The position numbers and the translations under genes were made by a program. A model generated the notes under the pieces. The model did not search any database. It was not told the DNA's origin and was given only the letters and a program-made list of their open reading frames with translations. DNA of 43,284 bases from an uncultured Syntrophales bacterium (lineage in GTDB: Bacteria > Desulfobacterota > Syntrophia > Syntrophales > JAAYKM01), in the NCBI GenBank assembly GCA_964411235.1, contig CAYPKE010000001.1:1-43284 (forward strand), in the 5' to 3' direction. Position 1 is the first letter of the stretch; every line of letters starts with the position of its first letter. Shown here one piece after another: positions 18,323-26,800 of the stretch.

Positions 18323-19380
18323 TGATCTACCGGGAAACCCCCAGCAAGCTCGGCTATCGCTTTCCTGCGGAGTGGGAACCTCAGCAGGCAACTTGGTTTT
18401 CCTGGCCCCACAAGGAGGAATCCTGGCCGGGTCGTTTCGAACGGATTCCCGAAGTATTTACGGAAATCATCAAAGTCCTGGCTGCCTTTCAGGATGTGAA
18501 TATCAATGTTGTCGACCGGACCATGCATGACGACGTGATGAAGAGGCTTGACAACGCCGGCGTCGAAATGGAGCGGGTTACCCTTTACGAGATACCGACG
18601 GACGATGCCTGGTGCCGGGACCACGGCCCGGCATTTGTCGTCAACGCGGCAGCCCGGGAAGCTTTGGCGGTGATTGACTGGGGATACAATGCCTGGGGCG
18701 GCAAATATCCGCCGTATGACCAGGATGATGCCGTTCCCACCCGGGTGGCCGAGCTGCGGCGGTTGCCTCTTTTTTATCCCGGTATCATCATGGAGGGGGG
18801 ATCGATCGATGTGAACGGGTCCGGGTGTCTTCTGACCAGCACCTCCTGTCTGCTGAATCCGAATCGCAATCCCAATCTGGACAGGGACCGGATCGAGTGG
18901 TACCTGCGGGAATATTACCATGTGGAAAAGATCCTCTGGGTGGACGAAGGCATTGCGGGCGACGATACGGACGGCCATATTGACGATACCGCCCGCTTTG
19001 TCAATCCCACAACGATTGTGGCTGTGGTCGAGGAAAACAGAAGAGACGAAAATTATGCCCCCCTGCAGAGAAACCTGAAACAGTTGAAGGCCATGAGAGA
19101 TACATCGGGGAATGCTTTCCGCATTGTGGAATTGCCGATGCCCCGGCCTATTTCTTTTGAAGGTCAGCGGGTCCCCGCCAGCTATGCCAATTTTCTGATC
19201 GCCAATGGCGCGGTCCTTGTTCCGACTTTTCGGGATCGAAATGATCCGGCAGCCCTGGCTGTTCTGAAGGATCTGTTTCCGGAGAGAGCGGTGATCGGTA
19301 TCGATTGCTATGACCTGGTCTGGGGACTGGGTACCCTCCACTGTATCAGCCAGCAGGAACCTCGGGTGAGAAAGCATTAG
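18319..19380 (+). CDS. aguA: agmatine deiminase
   Basis: FPAEWEPQ, DAWCRDHGP, DDTDGHIDD and the C-terminal GTLHCISQQEP (catalytic Cys). ATGA overlap with aguB. Confidence 0.92.
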   Translation: MMIYRETPSKLGYRFPAEWEPQQATWFSWPHKEESWPGRFERIPEVFTEIIKVLAAFQDVNINVVDRTMHDDVMKRLDNAGVEMERVTLYEIPTDDAWCRDHGPAFVVNAAAREALAVIDWGYNAWGGKYPPYDQDDAVPTRVAELRRLPLFYPGIIMEGGSIDVNGSGCLLTSTSCLLNPNRNPNLDRDRIEWYLREYYHVEKILWVDEGIAGDDTDGHIDDTARFVNPTTIVAVVEENRRDENYAPLQRNLKQLKAMRDTSGNAFRIVELPMPRPISFEGQRVPASYANFLIANGAVLVPTFRDRNDPAALAVLKDLFPERAVIGIDCYDLVWGLGTLHCISQQEPRVRKH

Positions 19381-19459
19381 GACCACGGCTTTGCTTGGAA
19401 AAAGATGTGAGCATATGGATCAGGGGGGTACGGCTGGGCCTGGAACCGGGAGGAGAGAC

Positions 19460-21223
19460 ATGACGAACGGACAAAAGACAAGGAAGGGGTGCGTTGGCTT
19501 CGGTTTTGTTTTCCTGGTTCTGTGGGTCTGGCTTATGCCCTCATCCGTCCAGAGCCGGGATTACAGGTTTACGGACGCCCATTTGCATTATGTCAATTAT
19601 GTCCTTCAGTCCCAGGGGTTTCAGAACCTCTTCGCGGAAATGGACGCAAACCGGATTGAACGCGCCGTAATATTCGGCCTGGGATACGGTATTTCCTGGC
19701 CCGATATCAGGGCTTATCGTGTCCGGCATTACACGGACCCCCGAACAGGAACGGATTATACGCCGCCGGTGTATTTCACGAAGGCGGGTGATTTCAGGCT
19801 GCTCATGGATTACGGGAAGCTTGCCCCTCAGCTGAAAGCCCGGATTTATCCGTTTCTGCAGGCGATCGACGTTACGGACCGCAATGAGATTTATTACGTT
19901 CGGGATATGTTCATGAACCACCCGGAACTCTGCGGCATCGGTGAACTCATGATGCGCCAGGGTGAGCTGAACCGCCTGACGCCTTTGATGCCGACGGGCA
20001 ATAGCGTGGCGCTAAGCCCCATCCTGGATTTCGCGGCGGCCAACCGGATGCCTGTCATCTTCCACCAGAATCTTGGTGAGGAGGCGTCCGGCGACCCGGA
20101 AGAACCGGCCGATCCGATCTACCTGAAAGAAATCACGGATCTGCTGACGCGTCACCCGGAAACGGTTCTGATCTGGGCGCATGCGGGTCTCAGCCGGAAT
20201 CTTTATGTGAAAGACCATCTGGTTTTGCTCCGGAGACTTTTAGCTGCCCATCCGACTCTCTATTTCGACCTTTCCTGGATCGTGGTCGAAAACAGCATTT
20301 TACGGGATATCAGGGGATGGGCCGATTTGATCATGGATTATCCGGACCGCTTTATGCTCGGGTCCGACAAGCTCGGCAGCTTCCGGTCGAGAACGGCGCA
20401 ACGGTTGCCGGATGACTGGTCGGTCCTTTTATCGTCTCACGCGGCCGATATCGGCCTTGGGGAGACGATGAGGAGGTTTACGCCCCTTTTAAGAGAGATC
20501 GATCAACGGCGTGACGGACAGGCTGTTTCCGATATGATCGCGTTTCGTAATATCAACTGGCTTCTGAGTCTCATCAGGGGCGGCTGCAAAACAGGAAAGC
20601 CTGTTACGGACCCCTGGAGGGGAGGCGACCCCTGGCGTGACGCCCGCTATGCGAGACCTGTCATGAGCTTGAAGCTGACAACCGGCAATATTCTTCCGAT
20701 CAGTGTTCATGCCAACTACGCCAACCTGGCGGAAGACTTTCCGACGAAATATTACAGTTGGAAAGAAACACACGCATACGAAGGCACAGCGGTGCAAGTC
20801 ACCATCCCCAAGGGTGATCAGAAGATCGGTGTGGGCCTCTTTGCGAAACCTGGCTTTCGCCATTACCTTGGAACCGTCGAGGAATCGAAGACCATCAACG
20901 CAGAGGTGCAATCGCTGGTGCTGATTGAAAGCTGGGAGGGGGCGTTCCGATACCGGACCAGCGGCAAGATTTTTTATCCCAGCGGCAACTGGCCGGAGGT
21001 GCCATGGTGGGAGGTTGAAGCGGAAACACCCGATATGATTGACGCCGCCAGGGTGCCGCAAGGAAAACGTCTTCTCCTCTACGGGGAGCCCTATTTCCAG
21101 GGTAGCATCCTGCGAAGTATCCCCGCGACAAACGGACAATTCGAAGAATTGGGGGACCTTGCCGGTAAGGTGCAATCCTTCCAATTCCTGCCCGCCGAAA
21201 AAATGGCCGACGTTTCGCGCTGA
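19460..21223 (+). CDS. secreted amidohydrolase-family (TIM-barrel metallohydrolase) protein with beta-gamma-crystallin-like C-terminal domain
   Basis: ATG 19460 follows GGGAGGAG. The signal-like CVGFGFVFLVLWVWLMPSSVQS and the FTDAHLHY metal motif mark the N-terminal domain. The last 180 or so aa contain LLLYGEPYFQGS...LGDLAGKVQSFQF. Confidence 0.75.
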   Translation: MTNGQKTRKGCVGFGFVFLVLWVWLMPSSVQSRDYRFTDAHLHYVNYVLQSQGFQNLFAEMDANRIERAVIFGLGYGISWPDIRAYRVRHYTDPRTGTDYTPPVYFTKAGDFRLLMDYGKLAPQLKARIYPFLQAIDVTDRNEIYYVRDMFMNHPELCGIGELMMRQGELNRLTPLMPTGNSVALSPILDFAAANRMPVIFHQNLGEEASGDPEEPADPIYLKEITDLLTRHPETVLIWAHAGLSRNLYVKDHLVLLRRLLAAHPTLYFDLSWIVVENSILRDIRGWADLIMDYPDRFMLGSDKLGSFRSRTAQRLPDDWSVLLSSHAADIGLGETMRRFTPLLREIDQRRDGQAVSDMIAFRNINWLLSLIRGGCKTGKPVTDPWRGGDPWRDARYARPVMSLKLTTGNILPISVHANYANLAEDFPTKYYSWKETHAYEGTAVQVTIPKGDQKIGVGLFAKPGFRHYLGTVEESKTINAEVQSLVLIESWEGAFRYRTSGKIFYPSGNWPEVPWWEVEAETPDMIDAARVPQGKRLLLYGEPYFQGSILRSIPATNGQFEELGDLAGKVQSFQFLPAEKMADVSR

Positions 21224-21316
21224 GAGGCCAAATGCCGATTCCCTGGGGTGTTGACCTTTTTTATGCCGCTCCGGCGATCCATGAACCGAAGAGGCTGTTT
21301 CCCTTCCGTTCCATTC

Positions 21317-22714
21317 CTAATGGCCGTAGCGCTGCAGGTATTTTGTGGAAAACCTTTCCGCGGAAAAGCCCACGTTGAACTTCCGATGGGGGAGATCGAT
21401 GTGCCAGGGCGAAGCATGGTCTTTCAGATGGTCGTAACTGTAGAAGTTCGTTTCATAGTGCGACAGCAAATCAAGCACACGGCCATCGCCGTACCCGTAG
21501 AAATAATTCTGCGTGGTTTTCCACAGTCGGCCCTGAAGGTCGTAGGCGTCGGCAAGGCCGCTCTTCCAGCAGCCTCCCAGGACCCACAGCACCTTTTTGC
21601 TGTAAACCCCGCATTCGGCATCGGTTTTCGGTGTGGCTTCGATGACGAAAACATTGGGCCAGAGTCTCCAGTTTGCCCGGGGAAATTTCTCGCCCACTGA
21701 GGTCGGCATGCGTCTCTGGGCGGCTCTGTTTTCCGTGATGTAATCGGTCGAAAAAAGGGTGGTCAGCTTCGGCTGGATGCCGATCAGTTTCCAGTTCCAG
21801 CGGGCGACGGGAACGTCAAGGGTCCTGAAATCGCCGATTGAAGAGTCCGAGCCGACGAAGGCATCGAAGCGCTGTGCACTGGTAACACGGCGGATTCTTC
21901 TCATCATGGGGATGTAGGTAAAAGAATCATCGGTCTTGTTCTGGTCGTTGTAGCGGTATGTCAGGTTGCCGTAGCCCTGCAGGTCCGGGGGCGTCTGCAC
22001 ATACACCAGCTCCTTGAAGAAGACATTCTTCATCTTCGCGTCGTATGCCGGCTTGGGCGAGAGGATCTCCCGACTCGTGAGAAAAATCCTATCCCAGGAC
22101 ATTTCCACCACGCGCTCGCGCTTTCCGTTGCTGCCGACGAAAAACATGTTGACCCAGTCGTGGGTAAAATCATCCCCGTCGTAGACATGCACCTGATTGT
22201 ACCAGGCTTTCAGTGCCGCCTCGGGATCTTGCTCCGTTAGGTCGGGAAAGGGTGTTCCGCCAATCCACCACTCGCCGTCTGTTGTTTTCAGATTGCCGTC
22301 ATAGGCGATGACAGCCTTGCCACGGTTTGCCTGGGTAACCGTACCGTAGAGTTTGGGGACCGGCCAGGGTTTGTAACCGGCGATCACCATTTCCATGCCC
22401 TTTTTGACCATGTTGTAGATTCCGGGGCTGGTCAGATCGATGAGTTCCGTCTTGAACTGGTCGACATTATGTTTGGTAATGACCATCCCCACCTTGATCT
22501 TGCCGTGGGAAACCCTTTCCAACTCACCTGCCGGCAGGGATTTGGCCATGCCTTTGAAATCAAACATGTCCGGATGGCGCTCTAGCCCGACATAACCGGG
22601 AACCCTCGCCTGCTGATCCGTCAGGGCGGAGGAGGGGGCCGGCAGGAGAGCCGTGTACAGCATTAACGAAAGCACCATCACATAGGTCGGCCACCTTTTT
22701 TTGCAAGGAAACAT
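21317..22714 (-). CDS. DUF1329-like (LolA-fold outer-membrane lipoprotein-sorting-like) exported protein
   Basis: ATG 22714 follows GGGAGGGAG. Signal peptide WPTYVMVLSLMLYTALLPAPSSA. The GGTPFPD...KAWYNQVHVYDGDDF pattern recalls DUF1329; this family call is from memory only. Confidence 0.6.
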   Translation of the reverse strand: MFPCKKRWPTYVMVLSLMLYTALLPAPSSALTDQQARVPGYVGLERHPDMFDFKGMAKSLPAGELERVSHGKIKVGMVITKHNVDQFKTELIDLTSPGIYNMVKKGMEMVIAGYKPWPVPKLYGTVTQANRGKAVIAYDGNLKTTDGEWWIGGTPFPDLTEQDPEAALKAWYNQVHVYDGDDFTHDWVNMFFVGSNGKRERVVEMSWDRIFLTSREILSPKPAYDAKMKNVFFKELVYVQTPPDLQGYGNLTYRYNDQNKTDDSFTYIPMMRRIRRVTSAQRFDAFVGSDSSIGDFRTLDVPVARWNWKLIGIQPKLTTLFSTDYITENRAAQRRMPTSVGEKFPRANWRLWPNVFVIEATPKTDAECGVYSKKVLWVLGGCWKSGLADAYDLQGRLWKTTQNYFYGYGDGRVLDLLSHYETNFYSYDHLKDHASPWHIDLPHRKFNVGFSAERFSTKYLQRYGH

Positions 22715-22928
22715 TGATTGATTCTCCCTCCCGAAAATATACCATTCGATCCGTTTTTCTGCGGGCCGTTTCACCGTGACAGGTCATTTCGCCGGGATCT
22801 GCCGGGGGCAACCCGACCGGTGAAAAAGTGCCTAAACCTTGCAGAAGTAGGGGAGTCTTGTCAAGAATATTCCGTGATGACATCCGCATTGACCGTGATC
22901 ATGGTGCATCAGTCCTGAGCGGCAGGTT

Positions 22929-22954
22929 AAAAAAAGACAGGAGAAACCCCTGTC
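22929..22954 (-). terminator. rho-independent terminator after the GT-C glycosyltransferase gene
   Basis: The minus strand reads GACAGG-GGTTTCT-CCTGTC followed by TTTTTTT. The first stem arm overlaps the TGA stop of the upstream gene. Confidence 0.7.
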
Positions 22955-24608
22955 AGGGGCAGACGGTGATCAGGATACGGACGGGCCTGTTTGTAATTGT
23001 AATGGTGTGGATTTCCGGCAGCAGCACCATGTCGGACGGGTGGGCCTGTTTGAGCAGATCGATCAGGGGCTGATTGAAAGGTTCCATCCCCAAAATAACG
23101 AACAGCCTGCCCCGTGGTCCCGTCTTGCGGCAGGCTTCTCCCATGGCGGCTTTTGCCTCTTCGGCCAGCGCTCCCGGTCGGGAAAGCCAGGCCGCCTTAT
23201 CGGAGATGGCATGCTGCTTTAGATTGTCGCGTGGAAAGGTTACGATTTGGAGGGGAATTTGGGCCTGACGGGCATAATAGGACAGCGGGCCGATGGTCAG
23301 GGACGATGCCAGGACCGCATCATCCGGATCTGTCAGGGCCAGGATCTTTGCGGCCATTTCCGCATCCCCCCGCATTGAGGCGTCGGCCGTTGCCGGCGGG
23401 TAGTTCGCCAGGGAGAATAAAATCAGCAGCCCTGTAAATCCCAGGCACAAAAGAGGTCTGACCAAACGGTCTGCACCGACGGCGGTCAGAATCACAAACG
23501 CGGGGAAAACCAGTTGATCCGAACGCCCGTAACGATGGATCGGAGAAAAGAACGCGGAAAGCAGAATCACCGTGAACAGAGGGACCAAAAGAAATATCAG
23601 GACATCCGTCATATGCCGCCTGGCATTCTGGTCGCCGCCCTGGTGAAAGACCGCTACGAGAGACCAGACTGACGCTGCGGCAAAGAAGAACCAGCGTGCC
23701 ACCCGGAAGGCGTCCGGTTTCTCCCAGGTGAAGGAAAGGGATTGGCGTCCTCCGGAAAAGGAGTCCATTGTCAGGATGAGATTCCCGTGAGGCCCGAGGC
23801 TGTTCCAGATCGGTTCGAACCAGGCATTCTGGGCGCTGACCTGAAGCTGCTGCCAGAAAATAGGGCTCCAGGGCAGGTAGGCGATGCCGACAGTTGCGGC
23901 GGCGCCAAACCACTGCCACGGGCGCCGTTTCAGGGAGCCGTTGAAAAGGAGGATCAGGAAACACGCGGGAAACAGAAACCACCCATAGTTGTGTGTATAA
24001 AGCGCCCCGATCATGCATGCGGCCCAGCCGGCCAGCCAGGTTCTTGATTCTGTATCGGAAGCCATTTTCAGACAGTGAAAAGCTCCGAGCGCCAGAAGGG
24101 GAAGAAGCGTGTACATCCGGCACTGCTGGGCGTGTAGAATCTGAGCCGGAGCGACCGCCATCAACAGGGACGCGACGAGTCCGGCACGGTAAGAAAAAAA
24201 ACGGTAAGCCACTACAAAAATATACCCGACCAGGATGGTGCCGAACAAAACGGAAAGGAGACGGACGGCTGCCGGTACTTCCCCGAAGAGAATCATCCAG
24301 AAGCGAAGTAACAGGTAGTAAAGGGGTGGACTGGAGTCCCGCGCCAAGGCGGAAACCATGTCGGCGAATCCCATGTGGGCGATACGGACGGAATTGGCTT
24401 CGTCAATCCATACGGATAAGGAATCAAGGTGGTAAAGGCGTAGAGCGAACCCGACAGTCATAATGAACAAAGGGGCTGCGAAAAAAAGCAGGGCCCTGCT
24501 GTACGGCAAAGAAATAAGGTTCCCGGTGCGTTGACCGGACGCGTCCACGTCCGGGTCGGTCTTGCTTTTCCATGACGATGGGAGATTTCTTTTAGGGGAT
24601 CGCTTCAT
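22953..24608 (-). CDS. ArnT/PMT-like GT-C family glycosyltransferase (GT39/GT83-like)
   Basis: 551-aa polytopic protein. The N-terminal LRLYHLDSLSVWIDEANSV...DSSPPLYYLLLRFW is typical of 4-amino-arabinose/mannosyl transferase-like enzymes. Confidence 0.82.
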   Translation of the reverse strand: MKRSPKRNLPSSWKSKTDPDVDASGQRTGNLISLPYSRALLFFAAPLFIMTVGFALRLYHLDSLSVWIDEANSVRIAHMGFADMVSALARDSSPPLYYLLLRFWMILFGEVPAAVRLLSVLFGTILVGYIFVVAYRFFSYRAGLVASLLMAVAPAQILHAQQCRMYTLLPLLALGAFHCLKMASDTESRTWLAGWAACMIGALYTHNYGWFLFPACFLILLFNGSLKRRPWQWFGAAATVGIAYLPWSPIFWQQLQVSAQNAWFEPIWNSLGPHGNLILTMDSFSGGRQSLSFTWEKPDAFRVARWFFFAAASVWSLVAVFHQGGDQNARRHMTDVLIFLLVPLFTVILLSAFFSPIHRYGRSDQLVFPAFVILTAVGADRLVRPLLCLGFTGLLILFSLANYPPATADASMRGDAEMAAKILALTDPDDAVLASSLTIGPLSYYARQAQIPLQIVTFPRDNLKQHAISDKAAWLSRPGALAEEAKAAMGEACRKTGPRGRLFVILGMEPFNQPLIDLLKQAHPSDMVLLPEIHTITITNRPVRILITVCP

Positions 24609-24695
24609 GATGAAAAAAGACAGGGAATGTTCTGTATAACATACATCATATCATCGGATCTCTTCCCGAAAAGGTGTTTGGCCGACAAACCTCTT

Positions 24696-25001
24696 CTAAT
24701 TTGTGCCATCCGGGGCGTCTGTGGGCATATCCCCTTCCCGGCGCTGGATCTCGTTTTCCGCGAGGATCTTTAAAATCCGTCCGTAAAGCAGCACATCCTG
24801 CCCCAAAGACGGATCGAAGACCACTTCATCTCCCGGTTTGAACATATTGACCTTTGAGCCGACGGTGATGACTTTTCCGCGTCCCTCCAGGAGCATGCCG
24901 CCCTGAGCGTTGGTCAAGCCGGACTGCACTCTGGGTTCAATAACCACCTTGTCGTCGGAAGTTCCTTCCTGACCTGAATGAACCTGATCTTTATAAATCA
25001 C
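24696..25001 (-). CDS. GroES/Cpn10-like small protein
   Basis: GTG 25001 lies 7 nt after AAGGAGG. VVIEPRV...GGMLLEGRGKVITVGSKVNMFKPGDEVVFDPSLGQDVLLYGRILKILAENEI parallels the GroES mobile-loop and beta-barrel layout. The upstream part of track ORF 24696..25232 looks non-coding. Confidence 0.55.
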   Translation of the reverse strand: MIYKDQVHSGQEGTSDDKVVIEPRVQSGLTNAQGGMLLEGRGKVITVGSKVNMFKPGDEVVFDPSLGQDVLLYGRILKILAENEIQRREGDMPTDAPDGTN

Positions 25002-25250
25002 TTTCTTTCCTCCTTGAGACTTTTTTCGAGGTTTTTGAGCCGGGATAAACCGGCAAGACAAAGCTGATGAAACGGGTCTCTCAACGATTCCGCTCGCCGG
25101 CACAAAATGCGCCGTACTTCCATTTCCTGAAGACGCGTCGGCAAGTGGCGACATAGACGTAATCGGAAGGAGACAATACCCATCTCTTTCGAAAAGCCGG
25201 CCGGTTCCGCTGTTTTGCGTTCCTTCCGGCAATAGAAGCCCGCCTGCCGT

Positions 25251-25661
25251 CTATTTTTTCTTCAGCAGATCCCTGATCTCCGCCAGCAGCACCTCTTCGT
25301 TGGACGGCGGCGGCGGCGCAGGAGCTTCCGCAGGGGCGGCTTCCTCTTTTCGCTTAAGGGTGTTCATTGCTTTGATCATGAGAAAAATGGCAAAGGCGAT
25401 GATCACAAAATCAACGATGGTCTGGACAAAGTGGCCGTAATTCAGGGTGACGGCCGCCTGTTCCGCCGTCGCTTCCTTGATCGTGACGGCCAGATCGGCA
25501 AAATTGACGCCGCCGATGAAAAGTCCCAGTGGAGGCATGATGACATTCGCCACGAACGAAGAAACGATTTTTCCAAAAGCACCGCCGATGATAATGCCCA
25601 CCGCCATGTCCACGACATTGCCCCGCATGGCGAACGTTTTGAATTCCTGAATCATGCCCAT
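25251..25661 (-). CDS. mscL: large-conductance mechanosensitive channel
   Basis: [37 protein letters not shown]... is a near-canonical MscL N-terminus. AAGGAGG lies 7 nt upstream of ATG 25661. Confidence 0.95.
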   Translation of the reverse strand: MGMIQEFKTFAMRGNVVDMAVGIIIGGAFGKIVSSFVANVIMPPLGLFIGGVNFADLAVTIKEATAEQAAVTLNYGHFVQTIVDFVIIAFAIFLMIKAMNTLKRKEEAAPAEAPAPPPPSNEEVLLAEIRDLLKKK

Positions 25662-25912
25662 GGCGTAGCCTCCTTACGATACGATGATGTTTGATGATGA
25701 TTTCGAGTAAGCCGGTCGAGAGGTTTCAACTCCGTCGCGTGTCTTCATTTTTGCGGCAGGCGTTGCTTTTCTAGGGTCTGGGCTGCCTTGCCTCTGTAAA
25801 CGTATCAGGAAAGCAGAGGTGTCGCCGCATACTTCTCAAAGAACGGGAAGGCGATACCTGCCGCGGGAAGGCAAGCATCCGAGAACTGTTGAAACCATGC
25901 AGGAAGTCATGT

Positions 25913-26755
25913 ATGTTGTCAAGAAAATTTCTTTTTCCCGGAGGGTTCGTGATCGGGACGGTCTTTGTCTTTCTCTGCATGTTCTTTTGTGTTATCGTAG
26001 TTGGGGTAATCCATTATAAGAGGGTTCCGCGGGAACTGAAACACATCACCGAATCCCTGGGCATTTCGTTGGTACGCCGCTGGTCCATTCCGGACGGCGC
26101 AGGTTCCGTTTTGCCCTTTCGGACCGGACCTTTTTTTTCGGGAACCTATCGGGATATGCCCATTAGTATTACATCCATGATCAATGCCGACCGCGATGTT
26201 TTGGGAATACGGGTGACGTTTCATTTTGTCCGGTCACTTGCCGCGTCCCTCTTCAGTGCTTATCGTATCAATCCCTACACGTCCCAAACGATTCCCGATG
26301 CATACCGGGATGTCTATCTGCAGAGGATTGAAACAGAAATCGCGGAAATGAAGCTCTGGGCCGGAAATCGGGACAAGGCCGGGAGGGTCCTGAGGGGGGG
26401 GGATGTGCCGACGCGCCTGGCCCGTTTGTGCGCTGTTGTCGATGCGGGCGGCAACGGGACGGAACAGGGGGTTCCCGATTTACCTCCGCCCGGGTTTATG
26501 ATAAACGACCGGGGAGTGAGCGTCTTCGTGGGGGAAGCCTCGACCATGACACGGGAGCTTCTGGATGCGGTGTATGATCTGGCACAGGTTCTTGATGCGG
26601 CGGGAGATCCCGACCCCGGCCCAGCCCCGACGTTGAAGCATGGCGGTCCTAACATACCGGTCATCATTTTGTGGGTTTTGTTCATGATTTTCATCATGGG
26701 TATGATAATGGCCGGAATCTTTGAGATCGAGATGCCAATGATGCCGGCCGGTTGA
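25913..26755 (+). CDS. hypothetical membrane protein (N- and C-terminal TM segments)
   Basis: ATG 25913 lies 6 nt after AGGAAG. TM segments are GGFVIGTVFVFLCMFFCVIVVGVI and PVIILWVLFMIFIMGMIMAGIF. No family recognised. Contains a G9 tract. Confidence 0.6.
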   Translation: MLSRKFLFPGGFVIGTVFVFLCMFFCVIVVGVIHYKRVPRELKHITESLGISLVRRWSIPDGAGSVLPFRTGPFFSGTYRDMPISITSMINADRDVLGIRVTFHFVRSLAASLFSAYRINPYTSQTIPDAYRDVYLQRIETEIAEMKLWAGNRDKAGRVLRGGDVPTRLARLCAVVDAGGNGTEQGVPDLPPPGFMINDRGVSVFVGEASTMTRELLDAVYDLAQVLDAAGDPDPGPAPTLKHGGPNIPVIILWVLFMIFIMGMIMAGIFEIEMPMMPAG

Positions 26756-26800
26756 AGGTTGAAGACTGCTTTAGACAGAGATCCTGAAGGGGGAAGGCTT

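Noticed and set aside
25002-25232. N-terminal 77 residues of track ORF 24696..25232 as part of the GroES-like protein
   Set aside because: The extension has no RBS and a Ser/Pro/Gly-rich, non-domain-like sequence. An AAGGAGG-N7-GTG at 25001 marks the start of the homologous part.
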